Shown here: piece by piece, positions 28,748 to 43,605 of the stretch
How positions within the stretch are numbered: position 1 is the stretch's first letter
How the letters are laid out: every line of letters starts with the position of its first letter
Assembly: GCA_963766735.1 (NCBI GenBank)
Contig: CAVYBU010000030.1
Coordinates: forward strand, 96,001 to 160,000
Origin: an uncultured Chloroflexia bacterium
GTDB lineage: Bacteria; Chloroflexota; Limnocylindria; Limnocylindrales; CSP1-4
Length of the DNA stretch: 64,000 nt
Direction: 5' to 3'
Translations under genes and position numbers: made by a program
Notes under the pieces: generated by a model
What the model was told of the DNA's origin: nothing
Database searches by the model: none
The model's input: only the letters and a program-made list of their open reading frames with translations

Positions 28748-29725
28748 TCAGCGCATCGTGAGCGCCATCACCGCCTTCTGGGCGTGCAGCCGGTTCTCGG
28801 CCTCGTCGTACACGACCGAGTGCGGGCCGTCGATGACGGCGTCCGCGACCTCGATGTTCCGGTCGGCCGGGAGTGGGTGCATATAGATCGCGTCGTCGGC
28901 GGCGAGGGCCATGCGGCGCTCGTCGGTGATCCAGTCCGTGTACTTCCTGCCGATCTCGGCACCCTCCTCGTCGCTCTTCGCGACGAGGAGCGGGCCCCAG
29001 CTCTTGGCGTAGATCACGTCGGAGCCCTTGAAGCCGGCGTCGAAGTCGTCCATCAGCTCGAGGCTGCCGCCCGACGCACGGGCGTTCTCGGCTGCCTGGT
29101 CAACGTACTCCTGGGGCAGCCTGTACTCGGGTGGATGCACCAGGCGCACGTTCATCCCGAAGCGGGTGGTGGCCAGGGTCAGGTCGAGCGGCACGGAGAG
29201 CGGCTTCTGGTAGCTGGCCGCGTACGCCCAGCTGACCGTGATCGTCTTCCCGCGCAGGTCGCTCTTCTTCTCCTTCATCGTCAACAGGTCGGCGAGGATC
29301 TGGTGCGGATGGAAGAGATCGCACTGCATGTTCAACACGGGAACGCGGCTCGCCTGGGCCACGGCGCGCTGGTAGGCGTTGCCCTCGCCCCAGGTGACGT
29401 GGCGGATGGCGATCCCATCGTTGTAGCGGCCCAGGATCTCGCCGATCTCCTTGGGGGTGTCCCCGTGGGCGATCTGCGTCGTCCGGCTCTCGATGAACTG
29501 GGCGTGGCCGCCCAGCTGGGCCATCCCCGCCTCGAACGACGCGCGGGTGCGCGTGCTCGAGAAGAAGAAGAGCATGGCCAGCACCTTGTTATCGAGCAGG
29601 GGGTGCTGGATGCCGAGGGCGCGCTCCATCTTGAGACGGGCGGCGACCTCGAGGATGGAATCGACCTCCTCCCTCGTCCATTCCTGGAGCGAGATGAGGT
29701 CGCGGCCGCGAAGGCCGGTCTGCAT
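28748..29725 (-). CDS. YgeW-like (knotted-type) carbamoyltransferase
   Basis: STRTRASF, NMQCDLFHPHQ, SWAYAASYQKPLSVP (YgeW-type loop), YAKSW, MHPLPADR, EAENRLH. Confidence 0.85.
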   Translation of the reverse strand: MQTGLRGRDLISLQEWTREEVDSILEVAARLKMERALGIQHPLLDNKVLAMLFFFSSTRTRASFEAGMAQLGGHAQFIESRTTQIAHGDTPKEIGEILGRYNDGIAIRHVTWGEGNAYQRAVAQASRVPVLNMQCDLFHPHQILADLLTMKEKKSDLRGKTITVSWAYAASYQKPLSVPLDLTLATTRFGMNVRLVHPPEYRLPQEYVDQAAENARASGGSLELMDDFDAGFKGSDVIYAKSWGPLLVAKSDEEGAEIGRKYTDWITDERRMALAADDAIYMHPLPADRNIEVADAVIDGPHSVVYDEAENRLHAQKAVMALTMR

Positions 29726-29752
29726 GATGCGGACTCCTTCCGGGTGCTCGGG

Positions 29753-30706
29753 CTACTCGGCCGCGCCGAGGATGAGCGTGAGGAGCGACATCTTCAGGGC
29801 GACGCCGTTGAAGGCCTCGGCCCAGTAGCGCTGGTGGCGGGTGGCGTCCACGTCGGGCAGCAGCTCGTCCATGCGCGGCAGGGAGTGCAGGATCATCGAG
29901 CTGCGCTTCGCCTTCTCCTTGAGAAGCTGGCGGGTGATGCAGTACTCCGGCGGCGTGAGGCCCACCTGGTCACCGCGCTCCACCCGCGACGAGGTGTAGT
30001 CGGCCTGGACCACCGGCTCCATGTAGATGACGTCGGCCTCGCCGATCACGTCACGAACGTCGCCCGCTTCGACATAGTCGACGTTCAGTTCGTCGATCTC
30101 GGCCTTGAACTCGGGCAGGAGCGACATGTCGGGCGGGCCGACCACGATCGCCTTGGCGTCGAACTGGCTGAGCGCGTAGAGGATCGAATGCATGGTCCGC
30201 ATGCGCATGTCGCCGACCAGGAGCCAGGTCAGCCCGTCGAGGGTGCCCTTCTCGAGCAGCGTGGTGTAGAGGTCGGTCAGAACCTGGGTCGGGTGCTCAC
30301 CCCAGCCGTCGCCGCAGTTGATGATCGGCACGGAAGACCACTTCGCGGCCTCTGCCGGCGCGCCCTGCTGGAAGTGGCGGATCGCGATCACGTCCGCGTA
30401 GTACTCCAGCATGTGGAAGGTGTCCTTGATCGACTCCTGGTAGAAGTCGCCGGCGCGGGTCATCTTCGAGTCCGCGAAGCCCAGGACGTGCCCGCCAAGG
30501 CGATGCATGGCGGCTTCATGGGACAGGCGCGTCCGGGTGCTGGGCTGGTAGAACGCCGTCAGCAGCGTCTTGTGCTTCAGGAGATCCGTGTTGCGCCGGT
30601 CGCGGGCGAAGGGACGCAGGTCGTCGGCGACCTGGAACACGCGGAAGTACTCATCGCGACTGAAGTCCTTCAGGGACAGGATGTCGCGGCCGGCGAAGCT
30701 CCTCAT
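29753..30706 (-). CDS. ATCase-like carbamoyltransferase with an altered amino-acid pocket
   Basis: YQPSTRTRLSHEAAMHRLGG, INCGDG..EHPTQ, RTMHS, HSLPR. YMEPVVQ replaces the canonical YMTRVQ. Confidence 0.85.
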   Translation of the reverse strand: MRSFAGRDILSLKDFSRDEYFRVFQVADDLRPFARDRRNTDLLKHKTLLTAFYQPSTRTRLSHEAAMHRLGGHVLGFADSKMTRAGDFYQESIKDTFHMLEYYADVIAIRHFQQGAPAEAAKWSSVPIINCGDGWGEHPTQVLTDLYTTLLEKGTLDGLTWLLVGDMRMRTMHSILYALSQFDAKAIVVGPPDMSLLPEFKAEIDELNVDYVEAGDVRDVIGEADVIYMEPVVQADYTSSRVERGDQVGLTPPEYCITRQLLKEKAKRSSMILHSLPRMDELLPDVDATRHQRYWAEAFNGVALKMSLLTLILGAAE

Positions 30707-32138
30707 GACCTGGTGTCCTCCTTGGGACTATGACGACGACCATCCGGGTCCGGGGACACCTGGCCGTCCGGTTCTCGCTGGACGCCGCTGAAGACAACGG
30801 CGACCGTTTCGTCTGGATCGAGCGCGCCTGCGCGCGCCAGGTGGAGCAGCCCGGCGAAGCCGGAGGAGCCCGTATGGTCGACAAGGATCCCGGTTGCCGC
30901 GCGGGCGAGGCTGTTGGCCTCTTCCAGCGTCGGCTCGTCGACCACGATAGGCGTTCCTCCCGTCAGGAGCATGCCCCGCACGACGGCCTGCCAATCGTAG
31001 GTCTCGTCGTCCAGTATGCCGTGGGCGATGCTGTGAGGAGCCTCTTCCCACGGCCACATGAATTCGGCGCGGTGGCGTGCCGCATAGGCAAGCGCCGCGT
31101 CCACGCTCTCACCCGCGACCACGCGCGCGGCCACGCGCTCGTGGGCCCGTGCGAGCGGGAAGGCACCCTGGGTCTGCACGGTATCGAAGCGCGGCAGCGG
31201 GATGTCCATCCCGGCAGCGGGGGCGTTCTCGAACCCGGCCATGATCGACGATGCGAAGGCGCCGCCGCCCACCTGGATCACCACGCGGTCGATTCGCTCC
31301 GGCCCGTTCGTCTGGCCCACAGCCGCCGCCATCTCGAGCCCCAGGGTCTCGCCGCCTTCCACCGCGAACGCGTTGAGGTTGCCCTGACAGGTGAACGGTG
31401 CCGCCCCGGCCGCGATCGCGTCCAGGAGGCGCAGGTACGTCGGGTCGCCGGCCACGCCCGGTTGCCGTTCGCAGATCTCCAGCTCGGCGCCCAGGGTGCG
31501 CAGCCGGGTGACGACCGCCTCGTCTGCATCGGGCGGGATGAAGACGAGGAGCCGTCGCTCCGCGGCCCGCGCCACGACCGCAGCCGCGAGTGCCGCGTTG
31601 CCGCAGCTGGCGATCGCCAGCGGTGTGTCGCCCGTCACGGTGCCCGCAACCTCGAGCTCGACCAGCGAACCGAAGAGATGACGGGCCTTGTGCGAACCCG
31701 ACACGTTGCCGGTTTCGTCCTTGACCCACACCCCGCCACGTGCAGAGAAGCCGAGGCGCTCCGACAGCACCGCACTGCGCGCGAATGGCGTCACCCGGAA
31801 GCCGTGGTCGGCCACGCGGGCGACCGCGGCGTCCAGGCGCTCCACCAGGGCGACATATCGCTCGTCCGTCCAGCCCGCGGCCAGGGCCGCATGCCAGGCG
31901 TGGAACAGGCGTCGGTAGGCGACGAACGGATTCTCAGAGGGTGCCGGCGTCATCGGCGAAGCCGCCGGGTCCAGCAGTCGCACCAGGATGTGATCGATGC
32001 CGTCAGCCGGCCTGGCGGCCGGGCAGATGAGCGGTACCGGGGTGCCGATGGTCGGACGGAAGCCGCAACCCGCGCACGCAAACCAGGTCGCGGGCATCTC
32101 GCCTGGTTCGCGGAGGCCGGGCGCCTCCAACCGCGCCG

Positions 32139-32142
<4 letters not shown>
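30703..32142 (-). CDS. PLP-dependent fold-type II enzyme (threonine synthase-like, N-terminal CxxC)
   Basis: [32 protein letters not shown]. Confidence 0.85.
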
Positions 32143-33638
<1,496 letters not shown>

Positions 33639-33741
33639 CCTGCACTCCCTGCGACGCCCCTGGCGCTCGCGGCATGCGGCCGGGACGGACCCCATCCCGG
33701 GTCGCTGTCGACCGTGTTGGGTGGCAAATCGCCTGCCCGAA

Positions 33742-33806
33742 GAGGTTACCATATAGGAGCGGTTTCATTACATTGGTTACACTCACCTCAGCGGATATGT
33801 AACCTC
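33742..33806. promoter_or_regulatory. AT-rich divergent promoter region with GGTTAC/GTAACC operator-like repeats
   Basis: GAGGTTAC 33742-33749, GGTTACA 33775-33781, TGTAACCTC 33798-33806 (GGTTACA-N16-TGTAACC inverted repeat). Confidence 0.6.
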
Positions 33807-33899
33807 ACCTAAGCAACGCGAGATGGCAATGAGACCGGAATCGGGCGGCAGAATTGGCCCGGGATCCGTCCTCGAGGCAGCCCAGATGGCAGGAGACCG

Positions 33900-36560
33900 A
33901 TGGACATCGCGTTTTCGCTGAACGGTCAGCCGGTCACCGTCCAGGTTCGCGAGGGTGAGCGCCTGCTGGAGGTCCTTCGCGAGCGCCTTGGCCTGCGGTC
34001 CATGAAGGACGGCTGTGCCCCGGAGGGCTCCTGTGGGGCCTGCACGGTGATGGTCAACGGGCGGGCAGCCGTCTCCTGCGCCCAGGATGCCAGGCGCGTT
34101 GATGGCGCGGACGTGGTGACGCTGGAGGGCCTTCCCGAGGAGCACCGTTCGCTCTGGGCGGACGCGTTCGTGGCGACCGGCGGGGCGCAGTGCGGCTACT
34201 GCACGCCTGGCATCGTCATGAAGGCCGAGGCAACGCTCGCTCGCGACCCGTCGCCCACCCGGGACGCCCTGGCGCGCTCGCTCGCTGGCAACCTCTGCCG
34301 CTGCACGGGCTACGTCAAGGTGCTCGACGCAATCGAACAGGTGGCGGCGGTGCGGCGCGGCGAAGCGGCACCTCCGGACATGGATCTCGGCACCGGTGTC
34401 GGTACCCGCGCGCAGCGCTACGACGGCCGGGCGCTCGTCCTGGGTGAGGCGCCGTTCGTGCGCGACATGGCGCTGCCGGGAATGCTCCACGGAGCGGTCA
34501 CGCTCTCCGCCCACCCGCGGGCACTCGTGCGCAGGATCGACACCTCGAAGGCAGAGGCCGTCCCGGGCGTCGTGCGCGTCGCGACGTGGCGCACCATCCC
34601 CGGCGTTCGCCACCAGGGCCTGATCTTCCCGGACTGGCCGCTCATGGTCGCCGAGGGCGAGGAGACCCGCTACGTCGGCGACGTGCTGGCGGCCGTCGCA
34701 GCCGAGACGCGCCACGCCGCCCGTGAGGCGGCGGCGCTCGTCGAGGTCGAGTACGAGGTCCTCGAACCGGTCCTCGACATGATGGCAGCCCTCGACGCCG
34801 GGGCGACCCGCGTGCACGACAAGGGCAACCTCCTCGCCACCTGCGAGGTCAAGCGCGGCGACACCGACGCGGCCATCGCGGGCGCGGCGCACGTCGTCCA
34901 CGAGACGTTCCGCACCCAGGCCGTCGACCACGCGTTCCTCGAGCCGGAGGCCTGCTTCGTCGTCCCGGCAGCCGGGGGCGCCCGCGATGACGGCGGCGGC
35001 GGCGTCAAGCTCCACGTCTACTCCCAGGGCCAGGGCGTCTGGGAGGATCGCCACCAGATCGCGTCCATCCTCGACCTGGACGAGCAGGAGGTCCGGGTCA
35101 CGCAGGTGCAGACCGGCGGCGGCTTCGGCGGCAAGGAGGACCTCAGCATCCAGGGACACGCCGCCCTGCTTGCACACCTGACCGGGCGACCCGTGCATCT
35201 CGCCCTCTCGCGCGCGGAGAGCCTCCGGCTCCATCCGAAGCGCCACGCCCTGCTGATGGACTACACCGTCGGCTGCGACGCCGATGGGCACCTCGTCGGG
35301 GTCCGGGCGCGGATCGTCGGCGACACGGGCGCCTACGCGAGCGTCGGCGACAAGGTCCTGGAGCGCGCCGCCGGCCACGCCTGCGCCGCCTACAAGGTTC
35401 CCAACGTGGACGTGGAGGCACGGACGGTCTACACGAACAACCCGCCCTGCGGCGCGTTCCGCGGCTTCGGGGCTGTCCAGGTCAACTTCGCCATCGAAGG
35501 CTGCCTCGACCGGCTCGCCGAGAAGGTCGGGATCGACGGCTGGGAGATGCGCTGGCGAAATGCCCTCGAGACCGGCGATCGCTATGGGACCGGCCAGAAG
35601 CTGGGCCCGGGCGTCGGGGTGAAGAAGACGCTGCTGGCCGTCAAGGATGCCTACGACGCGGCGCCGTTCGCCGGCATCGCCTGCGCCGCCAAGAACGTCG
35701 GGGTCGGCAATGGCTTCCCCGAGCGCGGGCGCGCCATCCTGCGGCCGGAACCGGACGGCTCGGTCACGCTGTACCACTCGTGGACGGAGATGGGCCAGGG
35801 CGTCCACACCGTCATGCGCCAGATCGTCTGTGAGGAGCTGGGTCTCGAGCCTGGCATGGTCCGCGTCGTGGTCGACACGGAACGCGAGCTCAACACGGGC
35901 GAAACCACCGCGTCACGGGCGACGACCCTCGGCGGCCAGGCGGTCATCGATGCCTGCCGCAAGGTCAGGGAAGCCGCCGGCGACAGGCCGCTCAGCCGGC
36001 TCGAGGGCCGCGAGTTCTACGGCGAGTACCTGGTCGACTGGACAACGAAGAACGACGTCCCCGAGCCGGTCACGCACCTCTGCTACGGCTGGGCGACCCA
36101 GGTCGTCGTGCTCAACGAGGACGGCACGCTCCAGAAGGTCATCGCGGCCCAGGACGTGGGCAGGGTGATGAACATCTCCGGGATGGAGGGACAGGTGGAG
36201 GGCGGCGTCCACATGGGCCTCGGCATGGCGCTCACGGAGGACCTGGGCCTCAGGGGCGGCATGCCGGCCACCGCGCTCAAGGACCTGGGCATCATCCCGG
36301 CCGCGGGCATGCCGCCGGTGGAGTGCATCCTGGTCGAGGAGCCGCAGCCGGAGGGTCCCTACGGCGCCAAGGGTGCCGGCGAAGCGGTCCTGGTCCCGAC
36401 GCCCGGCGCGGTGGCCGGCGCGCTGCACGCCTTCGACGGCAGCTATCGAACCACCCTGCCGATGCGTGACACGATCGCGGCCCGGACGGCTGCCCCGCGC
36501 GTCGCGCGCATGACGGGCGGGGCTTCGACCGGCGGCCCGGCGGAAGGCCCGCCGGCATGA
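33900..36560 (+). CDS. Molybdenum hydroxylase with fused 2x[2Fe-2S] + Mo domains (selenium-dependent xanthine dehydrogenase/XdhAC-like)
   Basis: SMKDGCAPEGSCGACTV, QCGYCTPG, NLCRCTGY, GGGFGGKED, GAFRGFG, EMGQG, TTASR, AKGAGE; no FAD domain. Confidence 0.92.
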   Translation: MDIAFSLNGQPVTVQVREGERLLEVLRERLGLRSMKDGCAPEGSCGACTVMVNGRAAVSCAQDARRVDGADVVTLEGLPEEHRSLWADAFVATGGAQCGYCTPGIVMKAEATLARDPSPTRDALARSLAGNLCRCTGYVKVLDAIEQVAAVRRGEAAPPDMDLGTGVGTRAQRYDGRALVLGEAPFVRDMALPGMLHGAVTLSAHPRALVRRIDTSKAEAVPGVVRVATWRTIPGVRHQGLIFPDWPLMVAEGEETRYVGDVLAAVAAETRHAAREAAALVEVEYEVLEPVLDMMAALDAGATRVHDKGNLLATCEVKRGDTDAAIAGAAHVVHETFRTQAVDHAFLEPEACFVVPAAGGARDDGGGGVKLHVYSQGQGVWEDRHQIASILDLDEQEVRVTQVQTGGGFGGKEDLSIQGHAALLAHLTGRPVHLALSRAESLRLHPKRHALLMDYTVGCDADGHLVGVRARIVGDTGAYASVGDKVLERAAGHACAAYKVPNVDVEARTVYTNNPPCGAFRGFGAVQVNFAIEGCLDRLAEKVGIDGWEMRWRNALETGDRYGTGQKLGPGVGVKKTLLAVKDAYDAAPFAGIACAAKNVGVGNGFPERGRAILRPEPDGSVTLYHSWTEMGQGVHTVMRQIVCEELGLEPGMVRVVVDTERELNTGETTASRATTLGGQAVIDACRKVREAAGDRPLSRLEGREFYGEYLVDWTTKNDVPEPVTHLCYGWATQVVVLNEDGTLQKVIAAQDVGRVMNISGMEGQVEGGVHMGLGMALTEDLGLRGGMPATALKDLGIIPAAGMPPVECILVEEPQPEGPYGAKGAGEAVLVPTPGAVAGALHAFDGSYRTTLPMRDTIAARTAAPRVARMTGGASTGGPAEGPPA

Positions 36561-36626
36561 CGGCCTGCGCCATCGCGGGCAGACCGCTCGCATCGTCCCG
36601 GCCAGCGCGAGGGGAGTAGTCGAACC

Positions 36627-37649
36627 ATGTCGGCGGTCACACCGGGTCTCGTCTGCGCCCACCATCACCTCTACTCGGCACTGGCGCGGGGGATGCCGGC
36701 GCCGCCGAAGGTGGCGACCAACTTCGGTGAGATCCTCGAGCAGGTCTGGTGGCGCCTGGACACCGCGCTCGATCTCGAGATGATCCGCTGGTCGGCGATG
36801 CTCGGCGCGCTGGAGGCTCTCGAGAACGGCACCACGGCGATCATCGACCACCACGAATCGCCCAACGCCATCGAAGGCAGCCTGGACGTGATCGCAGAGG
36901 CCTGCGCACAGGTCGGCGTCCGCTCCCTGCTCGCCTACGGCATCACCGACCGCCACGGGCCCGATGGCGCGCGGCGCGGCCTGGCCGAGAACGAGCGCTT
37001 CATCCGGGCAGGCGGTCGGGGCCTGGTGGGCATCCACGCCGCCTTCACGTGTTCCGACGAATCGCTGGCGGCGGCGGCCGGCCTGGCCGAGGACCTTGGG
37101 GTGGGCGTGCATATCCACGTCTGCGAGGGGATAGGCGACATCGACGCGCCGGGACGCCTGGCCGGCCTGACCCGCGACGACTGGCTGCTCAGCCACTGCG
37201 TCCACCTGCCCACGGATCACGACCTGCGCGGGACCATCCTCCACAACCCGATGTCCAACCTGAACAACGCCGTCGGGTACGCGAACCCCGCCCGCTTCTC
37301 CAATCCGGTCGCGCTGGGTACCGACGGGATCGGCGGCAACGTCCTGGAGGCGTTCCGACTGGCCTACGTCATGCAGCGTTCGGTGGACGTGACCTGTGGG
37401 CCCGACACGGCCTGGTCGTGGCTCGAGGCCGGCTGGGATCTCGTGCCGGAGGCCCGCGAGGACGCGGTGACCTGGTCGTATGACCCGATGGACCCCTGGC
37501 ACATCGCCTTCACCCCGGGAATCATGCCGCGCCAGGTCACGATCGGCGGCGAGGTCGTGTTCACCGACGGCAGGCCGACCCGCGTCGACGCCGGCGAGAT
37601 CCGCGCCAAGGCCCGCGAGCAGGCCGCCCGTCTGCACGCCCGCCTCTGA
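36627..37649 (+). CDS. ssnA: SsnA-like amidohydrolase (short form)
   Basis: PGLVCAHHHLYSALARGM, LEQVWWRLD, GTTAIIDHHESPNAIEGSL, GIHAAFT, HNPMSNLNNAVG, LGTDG. Confidence 0.85.
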   Translation: MSAVTPGLVCAHHHLYSALARGMPAPPKVATNFGEILEQVWWRLDTALDLEMIRWSAMLGALEALENGTTAIIDHHESPNAIEGSLDVIAEACAQVGVRSLLAYGITDRHGPDGARRGLAENERFIRAGGRGLVGIHAAFTCSDESLAAAAGLAEDLGVGVHIHVCEGIGDIDAPGRLAGLTRDDWLLSHCVHLPTDHDLRGTILHNPMSNLNNAVGYANPARFSNPVALGTDGIGGNVLEAFRLAYVMQRSVDVTCGPDTAWSWLEAGWDLVPEAREDAVTWSYDPMDPWHIAFTPGIMPRQVTIGGEVVFTDGRPTRVDAGEIRAKAREQAARLHARL

Positions 37650-37678
37650 GCCCCGACGCACCCCTGAGCCCCGACGCA
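37646..37678. repeat. 15-bp direct repeat x2 (18-bp period) between ssnA and ygfK
   Basis: CTGAGCCCCGACGCA at 37646 and 37664. Confidence 0.8.
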
Positions 37679-37701
37679 ACCGCCTCGACGAGGGAGCCCT
37701 G

Positions 37702-41127
<3,426 letters not shown>

Positions 41128-41221
41128 ACCCAGCCGGCCTCCACGAGCTCCCGCGGCACGCGGCTGCGGAGCACCGCGGCGTTGCTGACCAGGAGGGTCG
41201 CCGCCGGCTGAGCTGCTGGCA

Positions 41222-42127
41222 TCACGGTTTGCCGTATGTCGACCCGAATGCCGCCAACTCCGCCAGCAGCGCACCAACCGCAGGGTGGCCTCGTCGCTCG
41301 GAGCGGACGGCGGCCAGAACTCGTCGTTCCAGCGGCGGTCGGAGCGGGACGATACGTGCCCGGACCGTGCGGTCGTGGAGGGCCAGCCCTGGAATGACGC
41401 CGACGCCGAGGCCGGCCGCGACGAGGGCGAGGGTCACCGAGTGGTCCTTGCAGTGAGACAGCACGTTCGGGTCGAAGCCGGCCCGCCGACAGGCGCGCAC
41501 GGTGACCTCGAAGATGCTGCTCGTGTCCGTGTCCATGAACCAGGTGTGATCACGGAGATCGGCGAGCGCGATGCCACCGGCAGGCGTCTGCTCGTCGGGC
41601 GGAAGCGCGACATAGAGCGGGTCGCGGAAGATCTCGACGGTATCGATGCCCGGCGACCAGGCCTCACTCCCCTCGTCGTACTCGTCGACGACTGCGAGAT
41701 CGATCTCGTCCACCTGCAGGGCGATGAGGCTCTCGCTCGACTCCAGGTCGCGCAGCATCAGGCGCAGCTTCGGATGATTGCGACGGAGCGCCTCGAGGAC
41801 CTGCGGCATCACCGCCCGGGCCGCAGTGGGGAAGGCCGCAACCCTGAACGATCCGACGATCTCGTCCCGGGCGGCGGCCAGCTCGGCTTCCGCGGCGGCG
41901 ACCGCCGCGGCGATCACATCCGCGTGACGGACAAGCATCAGCCCGGCGTCGGTCAGGCGCACCAGGCGGCCATGGGGCTCCAGCAGGGGCGCGCCCGCCT
42001 CCTGCTCCAGGATCTTGAGCTGCTGCGAGACAGCGGACGGCGTGATCGACATCGCCTGTGCGGCAGCCTTGAGGGTGCCGCGGCGTGCGACCTCGCGCAG
42101 GAGCTGGAGGCGCCACATCCCGAGCAT
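41222..42127 (-). CDS. LysR-family transcriptional regulator
   Basis: GTLKAAAQAMSITPSAVSQQLKILEQEAG HTH, LTDAG, LVAAGLGVGVIP. Confidence 0.93.
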   Translation of the reverse strand: MLGMWRLQLLREVARRGTLKAAAQAMSITPSAVSQQLKILEQEAGAPLLEPHGRLVRLTDAGLMLVRHADVIAAAVAAAEAELAAARDEIVGSFRVAAFPTAARAVMPQVLEALRRNHPKLRLMLRDLESSESLIALQVDEIDLAVVDEYDEGSEAWSPGIDTVEIFRDPLYVALPPDEQTPAGGIALADLRDHTWFMDTDTSSIFEVTVRACRRAGFDPNVLSHCKDHSVTLALVAAGLGVGVIPGLALHDRTVRARIVPLRPPLERRVLAAVRSERRGHPAVGALLAELAAFGSTYGKP

Positions 42128-42289
42128 CGCCCACTGAGGCTACAGCATTCCGAAGGGCCCCGCGACGGGCCCAGCGGAGCCGTACAATCCACAGCGAAGC
42201 TCGGTACGCGGCACCGGACAGGAGAGTTGGACCGGGGCCCGTGTCGAGGAGCGCGTCCCTCCATATCACGGCACGGAGGAGTCTGACCC

Positions 42290-43531
42290 ATGAGCGGACG
42301 AAGACCGCTGATCGCACTCCTGTTGACACTCGCGCTCGCCACGGGCGCGTGCTCCGAGGGAGCGACCAGCACGCCATTGGCGGGTGCGACGGACGCCGCC
42401 ACGGCGGATCCCGGCGGCGCCGGTCTCCAGATCCCGGACGTGGTGGACGGCAAGTTCAACGTCGCGATGGTCCTGATCGGGCCCCATGACGACGGCGGCT
42501 GGAGCCAGGCCCACTACGAGGGCCTCGACTACGTCGGCAAGAACATGGCCGATTCCCACGTGGCCTACATCGAGAACGTGCCCGAAGGCGCGGACTCCGA
42601 GCAGGTCTTCCGGAGCCTTTCGCGCAAGGGCTTCGACTTCATCATCGGCACCTCCTTCGGGTACATGGACCCGATGGCGACCGTCGCCGAGGAGTTCCCG
42701 GACATCACGTACCTCCACCTGACGGGGTACAAGTCGAACTTCACGAACTTCGGCAACTTCTTCGGCGCGGTCGAGGACATGAAGTACCTCGCCGGCATGC
42801 TCGCCGGGTCGCGCGCCAAGCTGGACGGCAACCCCAAGGTCGGCTACATGGCCACCTTCCCCATCCCGGAGGAGATCCGGCTGGGCAACGCCATCATGCT
42901 GGGCGTCAAGAAGACCTGCCCCGAGTGCACGATGGACATCCGCTGGATCAACACCTGGCACGATCCGGTCAAGGAGAAGGATGCGGCTGCCTCGCTGTTC
43001 GACGCGGGCGCCCAGGTCGTGTTCACCGGTGCCGACACCCCGGCCGTCGCGGACGTCGCGCAGGAGAAGGGGAAGTGGGGCGTCACGTACGACCACCCGT
43101 CCTCCTGCAAGGTCGACGCCTGCCTGACGGCCCCCTACTGGATCTGGGGGCCGGAGTACCTGCGCATCGCCGAGCAGGTCAAGGCCGGTACCTACGAGGC
43201 CGGCTACGAGTACTTCGATGCCGACAGCCAGGCCATGGGCCTGTTCGGGTTCATGGACGGCGAGACGCCCCAGCCGGGGATCAGCGACCTCCCGGCCGCC
43301 GATGTCCAGGCGGTCAAGGACACCCTGGCCAAGATGCTCACGGGTGAGTTCAACCGCTTCGACGTCTTCGCCGGTCCGATCACGGACAACACCGGCAAGG
43401 CGGTCCTCGCGGCCGGCGCCAAGCTGGAACAGGCCGACCTCGACCAGTTCCCGCCGGGAGCCGAGGGCAACCCCTGCACGGTCTGCATGCAGTGGCTTGC
43501 CGACGGCATCACCGGGACGATCCCCGAGTAG
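42290..43531 (+). CDS. BMP-family ABC transporter substrate-binding lipoprotein (purine/nucleoside)
   Basis: Lipobox LATGAC; GPHDDGGWSQAHYEG, IIGTSFGYMD, YLAGMLAG, WINTWHDPVKE. Confidence 0.92.
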   Translation: MSGRRPLIALLLTLALATGACSEGATSTPLAGATDAATADPGGAGLQIPDVVDGKFNVAMVLIGPHDDGGWSQAHYEGLDYVGKNMADSHVAYIENVPEGADSEQVFRSLSRKGFDFIIGTSFGYMDPMATVAEEFPDITYLHLTGYKSNFTNFGNFFGAVEDMKYLAGMLAGSRAKLDGNPKVGYMATFPIPEEIRLGNAIMLGVKKTCPECTMDIRWINTWHDPVKEKDAAASLFDAGAQVVFTGADTPAVADVAQEKGKWGVTYDHPSSCKVDACLTAPYWIWGPEYLRIAEQVKAGTYEAGYEYFDADSQAMGLFGFMDGETPQPGISDLPAADVQAVKDTLAKMLTGEFNRFDVFAGPITDNTGKAVLAAGAKLEQADLDQFPPGAEGNPCTVCMQWLADGITGTIPE

Positions 43532-43536
43532 CAGCC

Positions 43537-43574
43537 TCGTCCGGCCCGCGGCGCAACCGCCGCGGGCCGGACGA
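43537..43574 (+). terminator. Intercistronic 17-bp stem-loop after the substrate-binding gene (mRNA stabiliser or partial terminator)
   Basis: TCGTCCGGCCCGCGGCG-caac-CGCCGCGGGCCGGACGA; no U-tract. Confidence 0.75.
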
Positions 43575-43605
43575 TTCCGAGGAGCGGTCCCTGATCTCGC
43601 CTGAC

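Noticed and set aside
27694-30706. Arginine deiminase pathway or pyrimidine biosynthesis (arcB/arcC, pyrB)
   Set aside because: No arcA, pyrC or pyrI nearby. The OTC-like protein has YgeW-type loops rather than the SMG ornithine motif, and the ATCase-like protein lacks the TRVQ aspartate motif.
36558-36629. The Mo-hydroxylase TGA stop is in frame with ssnA with no other stop between them, suggesting selenocysteine or readthrough fusion
   Set aside because: The TGA follows a low-complexity tail rather than a Cys-equivalent catalytic position, I see no convincing SECIS hairpin, and ssnA has its own GGGGAG plus ATG. Being in frame has a one-in-three chance.
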